Positions 29,706-40,899 are shown, numbered from the stretch's first letter. The stretch is 52,431 bases of DNA from an uncultured Prochlorococcus sp. (GCA_902572915.1 CACGHR010000001.1:1-52431); one strand, 5' to 3'. The notes: generated by a model from the letters alone, not told the origin. Program-made: numbers and translations.

Positions 29706-30534
29706 AATTTTGTCTGATTTCTTTTGCTTCAGCCAGTTTGTTAGTAAGTAAATCCCAATTTTTTTCTTTAATAAGAGATTCCAGTGTATTCAGCTTATTC
29801 TTAAAATTATTTATGGCATTTAAAACATTAGTCTGATTATTAATAGCTAAATCTAGGCCTAGTTGTTCATTGCCGCTCCCAACTCTGGAAGTGTCTGCAA
29901 ATCCAGTAGCAGCAAGTTTTTGTGTGAGATCTAATAAAGATTGATTATTTTTTGTATGCGCAGTTTCAATTAGGGCAGAAGCTAAAAATATAGGTAAATG
30001 TGAAATTAGAGATACTGCTTCATCATGCTCTTTTGGCGAAGCTTGGCAGATTTCACAATCCATGGATTTTATGAGCTCGGAAATAGTTCTGATTGCATTG
30101 AAGTCACTATTTTGTGTTGGGGTAATAATCCATTTTGCATTTTTAAAAAGACCTTCAAACCCTGAATCAACTCCTTTTTCTGCTGTTCCTGCCATTGGAT
30201 GAGATCCAATAAATAGAGGATGTAAATTTTCCCATGTATTTACAATTGGATATTTAACAGAGCCTACATCAGTTAGTATTGTTTTTTGAGGTATTGATGC
30301 TACCAACCTTTGAGATGGACTGATCAAATCTTTGATAGGCAATGCCAAAATTATGAGCTCACATTTTTTTAATAAGCTCAGATCACAGCTAACAAAATTT
30401 GCAAGTTTTTTTTCCTTAGCTTTTTTTGCATTAAATTCATTATTTGCAATTCCATAAATTGTATGGTTTAGACTTTGGAGTTTTAATCCTAAAGAACCAC
30501 CAATTAAGCCTAATCCTACTATTCCAATTTTCAT
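29695..30534 (-). CDS. tyrA: prephenate/arogenate dehydrogenase
   Basis: GIVGLGLIGGS, TDVGSVK, GSHPMAG, HD..VSLISHLP, GFADTSR motifs. Confidence 0.94.
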   Translation of the reverse strand: MKIGIVGLGLIGGSLGLKLQSLNHTIYGIANNEFNAKKAKEKKLANFVSCDLSLLKKCELIILALPIKDLISPSQRLVASIPQKTILTDVGSVKYPIVNTWENLHPLFIGSHPMAGTAEKGVDSGFEGLFKNAKWIITPTQNSDFNAIRTISELIKSMDCEICQASPKEHDEAVSLISHLPIFLASALIETAHTKNNQSLLDLTQKLAATGFADTSRVGSGNEQLGLDLAINNQTNVLNAINNFKNKLNTLESLIKEKNWDLLTNKLAEAKEIRQNFIN

Positions 30535-30629
30535 AGATGCATTAATTCAAGACCCTCTTATATTGATACCAATTTTTTGTATATTAGGTTCATAAAATTT
30601 GTATGTATTTGAAATTAAATTAATTATAA

Positions 30630-32078
30630 ATGCTTGAAATTTTAAGTCATCAATATTTAAAAAATTTTTTGAGAGATCAAAGGATTAATTGGGAACACAT
30701 ATATTCTTTTGGGAGAATAATTTCCAAATGTATTGAAAATGATTCTACATATCTAATTAATTCCGAAATTTTCTCTAGCTATGATTGGTTACCTCCAATT
30801 TTGATTTCTCTATTTTTAAAAGAAGAGGATTCAACTTTTATTTTATCTAAAGAAAAAATTCAATTTATAAGCCAATTTCAGATTAATTCATTGAAAAATC
30901 TAGGTTTCAATTTTAATTTGAAAAATAATCAATTTATTTTTGCAAATCATCATGTTCGCTTGATAACAATCCAAGATTTACTTAATGATCCTAATTCTCT
31001 TAATCTTAGAAATCATCGAATAGTTTATTCTGGAACTGAGGATATAAAACAGGATTTAAAAAATCATTTTAGAATTTCTTTACTTAAAAATGATTGGACA
31101 AAAAACTTTAAAGAATTTGAATTAATCAATAAGAAATTTATAAAAATATATGATTCGTTGAAGAAAAAGTTCTTCATGAGAAAGGTCTTAGGAAACAGTT
31201 ATATCAATTTAGATGAAAAAGAGATTAGTTTCTTTTCAAACTTTTTTCGTGAAAATTCTTTTTTTTCTGAAAAATTTTTAAGCGTTAACAATGCATTATC
31301 TCAAGGTTGGGCATGCTGGGTAAAATTAAATGATACAAATTTAGATTGGAATTTGTATTTGCAGCCAATAGATGAACTTTCTCAAATTAAGGAATTTTTT
31401 TCAAATAATAAATTTGCTTTTTTATCAGCATTGAGAAAAGATAATTTTTTCCAAATGTATTTTAAAAAGCATAGTTTAGATATTGACTTGGTTATTAATT
31501 TTAAAAGTAATTTTGAAGAGAAAAAGATCTCATTATATATACCTCCTAAACAGTTCCTTCCTAACAATCCTTTTTTTACCAATTCAATCTTGGATAAATG
31601 CAAAAAGTTAATACTTTTTAGAAAGGGTTTAACTTTAGTTTTGTCTGATGATATTGATTTAAAAACTAAACTTGCTACCGAATTAGCTTCTAAGTACGGG
31701 AAGAGAGTTTTGCTAGAGGCAATTCCCTCAGGTAAAAATGAAATTCTTTGCTCTAGTTTTGACTGGTGGATTATGAATTCTTATTTAATTCAAATTCCAG
31801 AACAAATCATCATTCCTTTACTTCCAATTCCGAATATGTCAGTACCTATTAATGCAATTACAGTCTCTCATAAAAAGAAGCTTTCTCAAGATTGGTTTAG
31901 AGATTTCTTTCTTCCTCAAGCTAGAATAAAACTTGAAAGATCTATTTCTCCTTTAAGAAGAAATTCAGGTAAGTTAATTATCTTAGATGGAAGAGTAAAT
32001 AAAAGAAACTGGGGAAGATTACTTTTGCGAAACATTCAACCGACAAAACAAATTAACTATATGCTACCTTTTGATTAG
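30630..32078 (+). CDS. degenerate DinG/Rad3-like helicase-related protein
   Basis: C-terminal LSA, IIPLLP, LPQARIKLERSISPLRR, IILDGR resemble the DinG helicase C-terminal domain; no Walker A/B visible. Confidence 0.65.
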   Translation: MLEILSHQYLKNFLRDQRINWEHIYSFGRIISKCIENDSTYLINSEIFSSYDWLPPILISLFLKEEDSTFILSKEKIQFISQFQINSLKNLGFNFNLKNNQFIFANHHVRLITIQDLLNDPNSLNLRNHRIVYSGTEDIKQDLKNHFRISLLKNDWTKNFKEFELINKKFIKIYDSLKKKFFMRKVLGNSYINLDEKEISFFSNFFRENSFFSEKFLSVNNALSQGWACWVKLNDTNLDWNLYLQPIDELSQIKEFFSNNKFAFLSALRKDNFFQMYFKKHSLDIDLVINFKSNFEEKKISLYIPPKQFLPNNPFFTNSILDKCKKLILFRKGLTLVLSDDIDLKTKLATELASKYGKRVLLEAIPSGKNEILCSSFDWWIMNSYLIQIPEQIIIPLLPIPNMSVPINAITVSHKKKLSQDWFRDFFLPQARIKLERSISPLRRNSGKLIILDGRVNKRNWGRLLLRNIQPTKQINYMLPFD

Positions 32079-32107
32079 GTTATGATTTTCTAAATAACTA
32101 AAGAAAT

Positions 32108-32353
32108 ATGGGAGAAGCAAAAAGACGTAAAACACTTGGTTTACCTCCAAAGAAAAATAATACTAAAACCAAATTTGATCAGTCTCCAAGATTACTTGAA
32201 TGGCTTCCCTTTACAATCAATCAAAGAGATAACCTAATAAAATTAAGTATTAAGGCCAGTTGGTTTGGAATCGGAGGGTTAGTCATCTTATGGATTGTAG
32301 TGAGATTCATTGGCCCTGCTGCTGGGTGGTGGACTTTAGCTGATTCTTTATAA
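32108..32353 (+). CDS. DUF2839 family small membrane protein
   Basis: MGEAKRRK N-terminus and single TM ending VRFIGPAAGWW. Confidence 0.8.
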   Translation: MGEAKRRKTLGLPPKKNNTKTKFDQSPRLLEWLPFTINQRDNLIKLSIKASWFGIGGLVILWIVVRFIGPAAGWWTLADSL

Positions 32354-32355
32354 AT

Positions 32356-33453
32356 CTAAGCTACTGTTTTTATATCGTTAACAGCGATTGTATTAGCAGG
32401 ATTGCTATTTAATGCTTTCATTGAATTAGAGCTGACTTCTGTACCTTCTGTTAATTTCTCTTTAACCATAGATTCTACTTTATTCCTGATTTCTAAGTTT
32501 TGATCAAGCCAAATAATTGTATTATCTCTTCCTTGTCCAATATTTTCTCCTTCATAACTATACCAAGCACCTCTCCTTATTATGATATTAGTCTCTTCTG
32601 CTAAATCTAATAAACATCCTGTTGTACTAATGCCTTTCCCGAAGAGAATATCAAACTCTGCAATTCTAAATGGTGGTGCAACTTTGTTTTTTGCTACTTT
32701 CACTTTTGCTCTTATGCCATATTCTTCAGTACCTCTTTTTAGAGTTTGAATTCTTCTAATATCGAGTCTCACTGAGGCGTAAAATTTTAATGCATTACCT
32801 CCTGTGGTTGTTTCTGGATTGCCGTATGTAACGCCAATCTTTAGGCGTAATTGATTTAGGAAGATTACAGTGCATCCAGATTTGCCAATATTTCCTGTTA
32901 TTTTTCTCATTGCTTGGCTCATTAGCCTTGCTTGGCTTCCAATTACGTGATCTCCCATCTCTCCTTCTATCTCGGCTCTTGGAGTTAGTGCTGCTACCGA
33001 GTCAACAACAACAAGATCTACTGCACTAGATCTTATAAGTTGGTCAACTATTTCTAGAGCCATTTCACCAGTATCTGGTTGTGAAACTAACAAATTTTCA
33101 ACATCAACTCCTAAAGAGGCTGCATAAACTGGATCGAGTGCATGCTCAGCATCTACAAATGCAGCTACTCCTCCATTTTTTTGGACTTCCGCAATCGCGT
33201 GAAGCGTTAACGTAGTTTTTCCTGAACTTTCTGGTCCGTAAACTTCTACGACTCTTCCTTTTGGATAGCCTCCTCCTAATGCTAAATCTAAGGTTAGCGC
33301 TCCAGTAGATATTGTTTCTACTTTCATTCTTGAGGCGTCACCGAGTCTCATTATTGATCCTCGTCCAAAATTTCTTTCTATCTGACCTAAGACGAGACTT
33401 AATGCCTTGTCTTTTTCTTTTGATTCAGTTTTTTTCTTTTCTTCAAGGCTCAT
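32356..33453 (-). CDS. recA: recombinase A
   Basis: [37 protein letters not shown] motifs. Confidence 0.99.
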   Translation of the reverse strand: MSLEEKKKTESKEKDKALSLVLGQIERNFGRGSIMRLGDASRMKVETISTGALTLDLALGGGYPKGRVVEVYGPESSGKTTLTLHAIAEVQKNGGVAAFVDAEHALDPVYAASLGVDVENLLVSQPDTGEMALEIVDQLIRSSAVDLVVVDSVAALTPRAEIEGEMGDHVIGSQARLMSQAMRKITGNIGKSGCTVIFLNQLRLKIGVTYGNPETTTGGNALKFYASVRLDIRRIQTLKRGTEEYGIRAKVKVAKNKVAPPFRIAEFDILFGKGISTTGCLLDLAEETNIIIRRGAWYSYEGENIGQGRDNTIIWLDQNLEIRNKVESMVKEKLTEGTEVSSNSMKALNSNPANTIAVNDIKTVA

Positions 33454-33537
33454 TGTTTGATTTATCGGTTAAAGTTTTTGTAATTATTCTAAATTTGGAA
33501 ATCTTTATTTAAACCAAACTTCATAAATACAAACCAT

Positions 33538-33551
33538 AGTACATCTGTACT
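33538..33551. promoter_or_regulatory. LexA (SOS) box upstream of recA
   Basis: Palindrome AGTAC-ATCT-GTACT matches the cyanobacterial LexA consensus RGTAC-N4-GTWCB; about 85 nt upstream of the recA ATG. Confidence 0.85.
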
Positions 33552-33565
33552 CTAGCTAATTATCT

Positions 33566-34345
33566 TTAAATTGCAACTAATTCCTCAAGGTTGTCTAATC
33601 TTAATAATTTGATTTCATTAGTTAAATTATATCTATCGGATTCTTTTAAATATCCCCAATCAGCTAGGAAGCATGGAATGTGAGAAGTTTCTGAATTTTG
33701 TTTAATATCGATTAGAGTTTTTTTTCTATCTTCTATAAAGCCTAAAATTTCATAAGTTTGTGTAAGTTTTTCAGCAATTTTAATTTTTGTTCCTGATTCA
33801 TAACCAAAAATAAATTCCGGAAAAATATTTAATTGTTTAAGAATTTTTTCTGCAAATATTTGCCCTTTCGTTGTTATAACTCCAGTTTTTATTCCTCTTT
33901 TCCTTAATTCTTTCATAAAATTTATAATTTCAAAAAATGGATTATGTAAATTTACCCATGATTTAAAATCTTTATCAATTTGATAATTGCGAGACTTATC
34001 TAATATTTTTTGTAAATCTTGGGCAATCCAGGAATTTTCATTTAATATCCGCTGGCAATTTTGATGATAATTACTAATGAAATCATCTTTATTATCACTT
34101 TTTAATGGATTTTCTGTTTTTATAATTTCGTGAACAATTAGAATCATTTCCCAACCATATTTAACCCAAGGCCTGATTTCTTTGAAAGAATTTGGCACTC
34201 CTTGATAAAGTTTTTGATCAATAGTGATGTAGGGTGAATTTAAATATCTTTCACAGGCAAGCAAGGAGCTATGCCAATATTCTTGCATTCCATCAACTAT
34301 TACTCCATCAAAATCAAATAGAAAAATTTTTTGAGAAGACACCAA
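33566..34345 (-). CDS. HAD superfamily hydrolase
   Basis: FLFDFDGVIVD motif I, ITTK motif II, FIEDR motif IV, LADWGY. Confidence 0.9.
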   Translation of the reverse strand: MVSSQKIFLFDFDGVIVDGMQEYWHSSLLACERYLNSPYITIDQKLYQGVPNSFKEIRPWVKYGWEMILIVHEIIKTENPLKSDNKDDFISNYHQNCQRILNENSWIAQDLQKILDKSRNYQIDKDFKSWVNLHNPFFEIINFMKELRKRGIKTGVITTKGQIFAEKILKQLNIFPEFIFGYESGTKIKIAEKLTQTYEILGFIEDRKKTLIDIKQNSETSHIPCFLADWGYLKESDRYNLTNEIKLLRLDNLEELVAI

Positions 34346-34358
34346 TTGAATATTAGAA

Positions 34359-34430
34359 CTGGGCCGCTAGGATTCGAACCTAGGAATGTCGAGACCAAAA
34401 CCCGATGCCTTACCACTTGGCGACGGCCCA
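34359..34430 (-). tRNA. trnQ: tRNA-Gln (UUG)
   Basis: Reverse complement TGGGCCGTCGCCAAGTGGTAAGGCATCGGGTTTTGGTCTCGACATTCCTAGGTTCGAATCCTAGCGGCCCAG; anticodon TTG. Confidence 0.97.
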
Positions 34431-34524
34431 TTGAATTACTATTTTAATACATGAGAAGATTTTTTTCTATCCAAAAAATACAAATTTTTTATAAACATGG
34501 CGCTAGTTTTGAAAAATAAAAATA

Positions 34525-35532
34525 TTATTTGAATGAGCTCGATTTCCATGGCTCTAGAAATTTCTGAGCTTTTTTGATCGCCAAATCCATTATTTCAGGA
34601 TACTCATAGAGTTTTTTGTTATTTTTGTGAGCAAATTCAATAAGGGGCTGCATAATTTTTCTTGCAGCACTTCCAAATGCTATTCCATCTGGGAGATTGT
34701 TTGAATTCAACAATTCATGAGTTTTTTCATTTGTTCCTCCTGCTAATTGAATTAATCCTGGTGGAAGATCTGAACCGATTTTTTCAAACAACTTAACAGC
34801 ATCTCTACTTGTTGTAGGAGCAAGATCTCCGGACATTGGCCTTCCATCTAGTTGCCAAATCAGGGGAATATCTAGCTCATTCAGAATTTCATATCTTTCC
34901 CAAAGAGATTTCAAAAGATCTTCGGGCTCTTGGGCTTTTTTGAAAGATTGATTTAATCCACAACTAATAGATATCTTGTCTAATTTCATTCCAGAACTTT
35001 TAAGGATACTTACAACTTTTGTAAAAGAATCTAGGCGATTGATTTCTGTATGAATTTCTACTGCATTAGGCCTTATTGTTTGAAGTGTTGATGCTAAATC
35101 ATTTTTTGACAAATTATATTCATATTCACTAATTAGATTTAGAGGACAACTATTTAAACATCTTCCACATCCATAACATTTACTTTCTTTAATTCCGAAA
35201 TTATCAATTGCAAAGGTGGGGCATACTTTTTCGCATGGTCTTGGACAACTAGGGGGACATTTTAAAGGATCAAATTTTGCTTTTCGAAAGTGGATATCAT
35301 GACCATCACTAATACTTATCATTAATCCAGGGGAGTTTTTAAAGACTTTTTTTGCCCAATCGATTCCTTTTTTTGCTGCATAAACTATAGATTCTTCTGC
35401 TGCAACATCTATGTAGTCGACACCAGCAGCAGTATAAATTGCGCATAAATCTTCTATGGCAACAATATCTTCATTACTGGCACCACAAATTAACTTAATC
35501 CATTTATCTTTTTTATTCTTGGTTTTAATCAA
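34525..35532 (-). CDS. ldpA: LdpA, light-dependent period iron-sulfur protein
   Basis: WIKLICGAS, HFRKA, CPPSCPRPCEKVCP and CYGCGRCLNSCP (2x[4Fe-4S]), WQLDGRPMSGD, QLAGGTN motifs. Confidence 0.9.
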   Translation of the reverse strand: MIKTKNKKDKWIKLICGASNEDIVAIEDLCAIYTAAGVDYIDVAAEESIVYAAKKGIDWAKKVFKNSPGLMISISDGHDIHFRKAKFDPLKCPPSCPRPCEKVCPTFAIDNFGIKESKCYGCGRCLNSCPLNLISEYEYNLSKNDLASTLQTIRPNAVEIHTEINRLDSFTKVVSILKSSGMKLDKISISCGLNQSFKKAQEPEDLLKSLWERYEILNELDIPLIWQLDGRPMSGDLAPTTSRDAVKLFEKIGSDLPPGLIQLAGGTNEKTHELLNSNNLPDGIAFGSAARKIMQPLIEFAHKNNKKLYEYPEIMDLAIKKAQKFLEPWKSSSFK

Positions 35533-35537
35533 ATAAT

Positions 35538-36014
35538 TTAACTTTCAAATTCATCCAAAATATAATTACTTAATGGTTTCCATTCAAGTTTTCTTGAACC
35601 CCCCATTTCAACAACTATTGTTAGTTTATTATCGTTAGTGCAAATCTCTATTAAGCTCTCTAATTCAGATTGAGATAATACTTGCCCTTCTAATAACCAA
35701 AGTAATTTATTTTTATCATTTTCATTAAATAACTCAGAAGCTTGTGGGATTACTTGTTGAACTTCCCCAAGCGCGCCGTTTCTTCCTACACTTTGATGAC
35801 CAAGGTGAGGTGGTCTAACGCCATGCAATTTGAGCAAGAAAACTTCTGGATCTCCAAGCCCTCTTGCTGAAGTTATAAAAGTTTTAAAGCCTTTGGCCCT
35901 CATTCTCCTCAAAAGACGAGTTTCATAACCACCTTCAAGGGGAGCAAATATTGCGAGACATTTGTTAGTTTTTAAATCGTTATGAAACTTTTTCCCTGAG
36001 AGAAGTAATGGCAT
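35538..36014 (-). CDS. ndhN: NAD(P)H-quinone oxidoreductase (NDH-1) subunit N
   Basis: [31 protein letters not shown] motifs; divergent from rplC. Confidence 0.95.
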   Translation of the reverse strand: MPLLLSGKKFHNDLKTNKCLAIFAPLEGGYETRLLRRMRAKGFKTFITSARGLGDPEVFLLKLHGVRPPHLGHQSVGRNGALGEVQQVIPQASELFNENDKNKLLWLLEGQVLSQSELESLIEICTNDNKLTIVVEMGGSRKLEWKPLSNYILDEFES

Positions 36015-36076
36015 AAAAATTTCCTTTATTTCTATTTTATTTTATTTTATGGTACTTGATGATGTACAATTGTAAC

Positions 36077-36293
36077 TCAGTGAATTTTTAAGCTCGCAAG
36101 CTAGCCGAGCCTCTAAAAATTTCACATTTTTTAGCGTTTCGTTAAAAAACTCAGGTGGGTTTATCCCGAGAGAAACTATCTATTATTTCAGATAAGTCTC
36201 GACCTTACTAATTGTTTTTTTATTAACTTCACCTTAATAACTGAAGGGTTTAGATAATTGAAAAATTATTACGAGCTAGCCTAATTTAGTCTT
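36077..36293 (+). promoter_or_regulatory. structured 5' leader of the rplC ribosomal protein operon
   Basis: Candidate -10 TACAAT at 36065-36070; hairpins at 36080-36125, 36127-36149, 36167-36201, 36227-36246; unusually long spacer for this genome. Confidence 0.65.
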
Positions 36294-36947
36294 ATGTCTA
36301 TCGGAATTTTAGGAAAGAAATTGGGCATGTCCCAACTTTTCGATGATAAAGGTAATTCGGTACCAGTTACTCTTATAGAGGCTGGTCCGTGCCGCGTCAC
36401 TCAATTGAAAACAACTGCTTTGGATGGTTATGCCGCCGTTCAGATAGGTTATGGCTTGTCCAAAGAGAAGCATTTAAGCAAACCTGAAAAGGGACACTTA
36501 TTGAAATCAGGTGAAGAACTTTTAAAGCATTTGAAAGAATACAGGGTTGAAGAAACTTCATCTTATGAAATCGGAAAACAAATAACTGTAAAAAACTTTG
36601 AGGTTGGTCAAAAAGTTGATATCAGTGGCAAATCTATGGGTAGAGGTTTTGCAGGTTACCAGAAAAGACATGGTTTTAGCAGAGGTCCTATGAGTCATGG
36701 TTCAAAAAATCATAGAGCACCAGGATCTACAGGAGCAGGAACAACTCCGGGTAGAATTTATCCAGGGAAAAGAATGGCAGGAAGATATGGAGGAAAACAG
36801 ATAACTACCAAAGGATTGTTAGTTCTAAAAATTGATGATCAGAAGAATTTGCTTGTAGTAAAGGGTTCTGTTCCAGGTAAGCCCGGCTCAATTGTCAACA
36901 TTAAGCCAAATAATGTTGTAGGCAAAAAAGGAGGTGAAAAATCATGA
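36294..36947 (+). CDS. rplC: 50S ribosomal protein L3
   Basis: [29 protein letters not shown] motifs. Confidence 0.98.
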   Translation: MSIGILGKKLGMSQLFDDKGNSVPVTLIEAGPCRVTQLKTTALDGYAAVQIGYGLSKEKHLSKPEKGHLLKSGEELLKHLKEYRVEETSSYEIGKQITVKNFEVGQKVDISGKSMGRGFAGYQKRHGFSRGPMSHGSKNHRAPGSTGAGTTPGRIYPGKRMAGRYGGKQITTKGLLVLKIDDQKNLLVVKGSVPGKPGSIVNIKPNNVVGKKGGEKS

Positions 36948-37576
36948 CAACACTTGAGACTTTAAAGTGGGATGGTAAAAAATCAGGCAAAGTTACTCTT
37001 GATTTAGCAGTTGCTAAAGAAACTTCTTCGGCAGACTTAATCCATAGAGCAGTCCTTAGACAGCTAGCAAATAAAAGACAAGGGACAGCATCAACTTTGA
37101 CAAGATCTGAAGTGCGCGGGGGCGGTAGAAAGCCATACAAACAAAAAGGTACAGGAAGAGCTCGTCAAGGATCAATAAGGACACCTTTAAGACCTGGTGG
37201 CGGAATTATTTTTGGACCGAAGCCACGTTCTTATAATCTTGATATGAATCGTAAGGAACGTAGATTAGCTCTAAGAACAGCTCTTATGTCCAGAGTATCT
37301 GATATGAAGGCTGTTGAAGATTTTGGATCTACTTTAACGCAGCCTAAAACAAGTGATATCATCAATGGCCTTGCTCGATTAGGTATACAAAAAACTGAAA
37401 AAGTTTTGGTTATTCTTGATAGCCCTTCCGATATTATAAAAAAATCCATTAATAATATTGAGAAAGTAAAATTAATTGCCGCCGATCAATTAAATGTATT
37501 TGATATTCTCAATGCCAATAAATTGGTAATAGGTCAATCAGCGATAGATAAAATTCAGGAGGTTTATGCATCATGA
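36944..37576 (+). CDS. rplD: 50S ribosomal protein L4
   Basis: [33 protein letters not shown]. Confidence 0.98.
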   Translation: MTTLETLKWDGKKSGKVTLDLAVAKETSSADLIHRAVLRQLANKRQGTASTLTRSEVRGGGRKPYKQKGTGRARQGSIRTPLRPGGGIIFGPKPRSYNLDMNRKERRLALRTALMSRVSDMKAVEDFGSTLTQPKTSDIINGLARLGIQKTEKVLVILDSPSDIIKKSINNIEKVKLIAADQLNVFDILNANKLVIGQSAIDKIQEVYAS

Positions 37577-37875
37577 GTAAATTATTTGATTCTCGTTTAG
37601 CCGATGTAATACGAAAGCCAGTTATTACTGAGAAAGCTACAAATGCACTAGATCTTAACCAATATACTTTCGAAGTAGATCATAGAGCGGCTAAACCACA
37701 AATAAAGGCAGCTATTGAAGCCTTGTTTAGTGTTAAAGTCATAGGAGTCAACACTATGAATCCTCCTAGGAGAACCAGAAGAGTCGGGAAATTTTCCGGT
37801 AAACGTTCTCAGGTCAAGAAGGCAATTGTACGTCTTGCTGAAGGAGACAAAATCCAACTATTTCCAGAATCTTAA
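37573..37875 (+). CDS. rplW: 50S ribosomal protein L23
   Basis: PVITEKA, KKAIVRL motifs; operon position. Confidence 0.97.
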   Translation: MSKLFDSRLADVIRKPVITEKATNALDLNQYTFEVDHRAAKPQIKAAIEALFSVKVIGVNTMNPPRRTRRVGKFSGKRSQVKKAIVRLAEGDKIQLFPES

Positions 37876-37887
37876 GGAGTTTTAATC

Positions 37888-38751
37888 ATGGCAATACGTA
37901 AATTTAAACCTTATACACCTGGCACCAGGCAGAGAGTAGTTACTGACTTTAGTGAAATCACAAGTGCAAAACCTGAAAGATCACTAATAGTTTCAAAACA
38001 TAGAGTTAAAGGTAGGAATAATCGTGGAGTTATCACTTGTCGTCACCGTGGAGGTGGTCACAAAAGGCAATATAGATTGGTCGACTTTAGAAGAGATAAA
38101 AGAAATATCAACGCTAAAGTTGCAGCTATACACTACGACCCTCATAGAAATGCAAGGTTGGCACTTTTATTTTACGAAGATGGAGAGAAAAGATATATTA
38201 TCGCTCCAGCAGGAGTAAAAGTCGGACAAATTGTCATTTCTGGAGAAAGTGTTCCAATTGAAGATGGAAATGCAATGCCGCTTTCTGTTATGCCATTAGG
38301 ATCTAGTGTTCATTGTGTTGAGTTATACGCAGGTAGGGGTGCTCAAATGGTTAGATCCGCAGGAGCTAGTGCTCAAGTTATGGCAAAAGAGGGAGATTAT
38401 GTTGCTTTAAAACTCCCATCTACTGAGGTAAGACTTGTAAGAAAAGAATGCTATGCAACTCTTGGTGAAGTAGGTAATTCTGAAATAAGAAATACTAGCT
38501 TAGGTAAAGCAGGAAGAAGAAGATGGCTTGGAAGAAGGCCTCAAGTGAGAGGTAGTGTAATGAACCCATGTGATCATCCACATGGAGGAGGAGAGGGAAA
38601 AGCACCAATTGGTAGAGCAGGCCCAGTTACTCCATGGGGTAAGCCAGCTCTTGGACTAAAGACACGTAAAAAGAACAAACCAAGTAATAAATTAGTTGTT
38701 CGAAGACGCCGTCGCGTTTCTAAGAGGAGTAGAGGAGGAAGAGACTCTTGA
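37888..38751 (+). CDS. rplB: 50S ribosomal protein L2
   Basis: [34 protein letters not shown] motifs. Confidence 0.99.
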
Positions 38752-38788
38752 TTACTTCATTTATTATTTCAATTTCTATTACATAATC

Positions 38789-39067
38789 ATGGGACGTTCA
38801 CTAAAAAAAGGACCTTTTATAGCAGATAGCCTGCTCAAGAAGGTAGAAAAACAAAATACCGATAATGACAAGTCTGTTATCAAAACTTGGTCAAGATCCT
38901 CTACGATTTTACCTTTAATGATCGGTCACACAATCGCTGTACATAATGGCAAGACTCACATTCCAGTATTTATTACTGAACAAATGATTGGTCATAAACT
39001 CGGAGAATTTGCTCCTACACGCACTTACCGAGGTCATATAAGAGATAAGAAAGGAGCAAAATCATGA
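38789..39067 (+). CDS. rpsS: 30S ribosomal protein S19
   Basis: [10 protein letters not shown] start at ATG 38789; [11 protein letters not shown] motif. Confidence 0.97.
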
Positions 39068-39450
39068 TAAAAACACCTGAAACAACAAAAACAGCAATTG
39101 CTCATGGGAATTATGTTCGGGGATCAGCCTCTAAAGTGAGAAGAGTTTTGGATCAGATAAGGGGTAGATCTTATAGAGATGCATTGATTATGTTGGAATT
39201 TATGCCCTACAGATCTACTGACCCTATTACTAAAGTTCTTAGATCTGCAGTTGCTAATGCAGAGCATAATCTTGGAATGGATCCATCTAATTTAGTGATT
39301 TCCTCTGCATGGGCTAATAGTGGTCCAGTAATGAAAAGGTATAGACCCAGAGCTCAAGGTCGAGCTTTTTCAATCAAAAAACAGACTTGCCATATCAGTA
39401 TTTCTGTTGAATCTGCTCCTACTCAAACTAATGCGGAGGTACAAAACTAA
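39064..39450 (+). CDS. rplV: 50S ribosomal protein L22
   Basis: [28 protein letters not shown] motifs. Confidence 0.97.
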
Positions 39451-40181
39451 TGGGACATAAAATACATCCTTCTGGGCTAAGATTAGGAATTACACAAGAG
39501 CATCGCTCTAAATGGTTTGCTACTTCTAAAACATATCCAATACTTCTCCAAGAGGATTTTAAAATTCGTACCTTCATACAAAAAAAATATGGAGCAGCAG
39601 GAATTAGCGATGTTTTAATAGCTAGAAAAGCTGACCAACTGGAACTTGAATTAAAAACAGCAAGACCAGGAGTTATAGTTGGAAGACAAGGAAGTGGGAT
39701 TGAAGAATTAAGATCTGGCATTCAAAAAACTATAGGTGATAGAACAAGGCAAGTCAGAATAAACGTTGTAGAAGTTGAACGCGTAGATGCTGATGCTTTT
39801 TTACTAGCTGAATATATTGCGCAACAACTTGAAAAAAGAGTCGCCTTTAGAAGAACTATAAGGATGGCCTTACAAAGGGCTCAAAGGGCTGGAGTCTTAG
39901 GTCTTAAAATTCAAGTAGGGGGAAGGTTGAATGGTGCTGAAATAGCGAGAACTGAATGGACTAGAGAAGGTAGAGTTCCATTACATACATTGAGAGCTGA
40001 AATTGACTATGCAACACGTGAAGCTAATACAACTTACGGTGTTCTAGGCATTAAAGTTTGGGTTTTCAAAGGTGAAGTTCTCCCTAAAGAAGAACAAACT
40101 ATCCCTGTGGGAGCGAGCCCTAAGAGGAAAGCTAATAGAAGACCTCAGCAATTTGAGGATCGTTCAAATGAGAATTCATAG
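39450..40181 (+). CDS. rpsC: 30S ribosomal protein S3
   Basis: [34 protein letters not shown] motifs. Confidence 0.98.
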   Translation: MGHKIHPSGLRLGITQEHRSKWFATSKTYPILLQEDFKIRTFIQKKYGAAGISDVLIARKADQLELELKTARPGVIVGRQGSGIEELRSGIQKTIGDRTRQVRINVVEVERVDADAFLLAEYIAQQLEKRVAFRRTIRMALQRAQRAGVLGLKIQVGGRLNGAEIARTEWTREGRVPLHTLRAEIDYATREANTTYGVLGIKVWVFKGEVLPKEEQTIPVGASPKRKANRRPQQFEDRSNENS

Positions 40182-40192
40182 GAGGTATAAAA

Positions 40193-40675
40193 ATGCTTAG
40201 TCCAAAACGTACTAAATTCCGTAAACAACATAGAGGCAGAATGAGGGGTGTGGCCTCAAAGGGTAATACTATTGCATTTGGTCAATTTGCTCTCCAAGCT
40301 CAAGATTGTGGCTGGGTAACTGCACGTCAGATTGAAGCAAGCAGAAGAGCTATGACCAGATATATCAAACGTGGTGGTCAAATCTGGATAAGAATATTTC
40401 CTGATAAACCCGTAACCATGAGACCTGCCGAAACCAGAATGGGTTCTGGTAAAGGTAATCCAGAGTTTTGGGTCGCAGTTGTAAAACCCGGAAGAATACT
40501 TTTTGAAATGGGTGGTGAGGATATCACAGAGGAAACTGCAAAGGAAGCTATGCGTCTAGCTCAATACAAACTTCCTGTAAAAACTAAATTTATCTCCATT
40601 GATAAAAATCTAGAAAATTCCTCCCAAGAAAATACAAAAAATAGTAAAGAATCTCAAGAGGAGGTTAAACAATGA
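40193..40675 (+). CDS. rplP: 50S ribosomal protein L16
   Basis: [23 protein letters not shown] motifs. Confidence 0.98.
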   Translation: MLSPKRTKFRKQHRGRMRGVASKGNTIAFGQFALQAQDCGWVTARQIEASRRAMTRYIKRGGQIWIRIFPDKPVTMRPAETRMGSGKGNPEFWVAVVKPGRILFEMGGEDITEETAKEAMRLAQYKLPVKTKFISIDKNLENSSQENTKNSKESQEEVKQ

Positions 40676-40890
40676 AAAACTCAGAGTCACTTAAGGAATT
40701 TAAAAAATTAAATTCTGAACAAATTATTGAAAAGATTGACCAATTAAGAAAAGATCTTTTTGATTTGAGATTCAAGCAAGCTACAAGACAGCTCAATGAA
40801 ACTCATAAATTTAAAATTATCAAGAAACAAGTTGCGCAATTACTCACACTCAGTAAGAGTCAATCTGCTTCTAAAACAACCTCTGATTAA
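40672..40890 (+). CDS. rpmC: 50S ribosomal protein L29
   Basis: [10 protein letters not shown] motif; operon position. Confidence 0.95.
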   Translation: MKNSESLKEFKKLNSEQIIEKIDQLRKDLFDLRFKQATRQLNETHKFKIIKKQVAQLLTLSKSQSASKTTSD

Positions 40891-40899
40891 TTATTAGTT

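Noticed and set aside
38696-38788. N-terminal extension of S19
   Set aside because: It overlaps the rplB 3' end; the canonical [10 protein letters not shown] starts at 38789.
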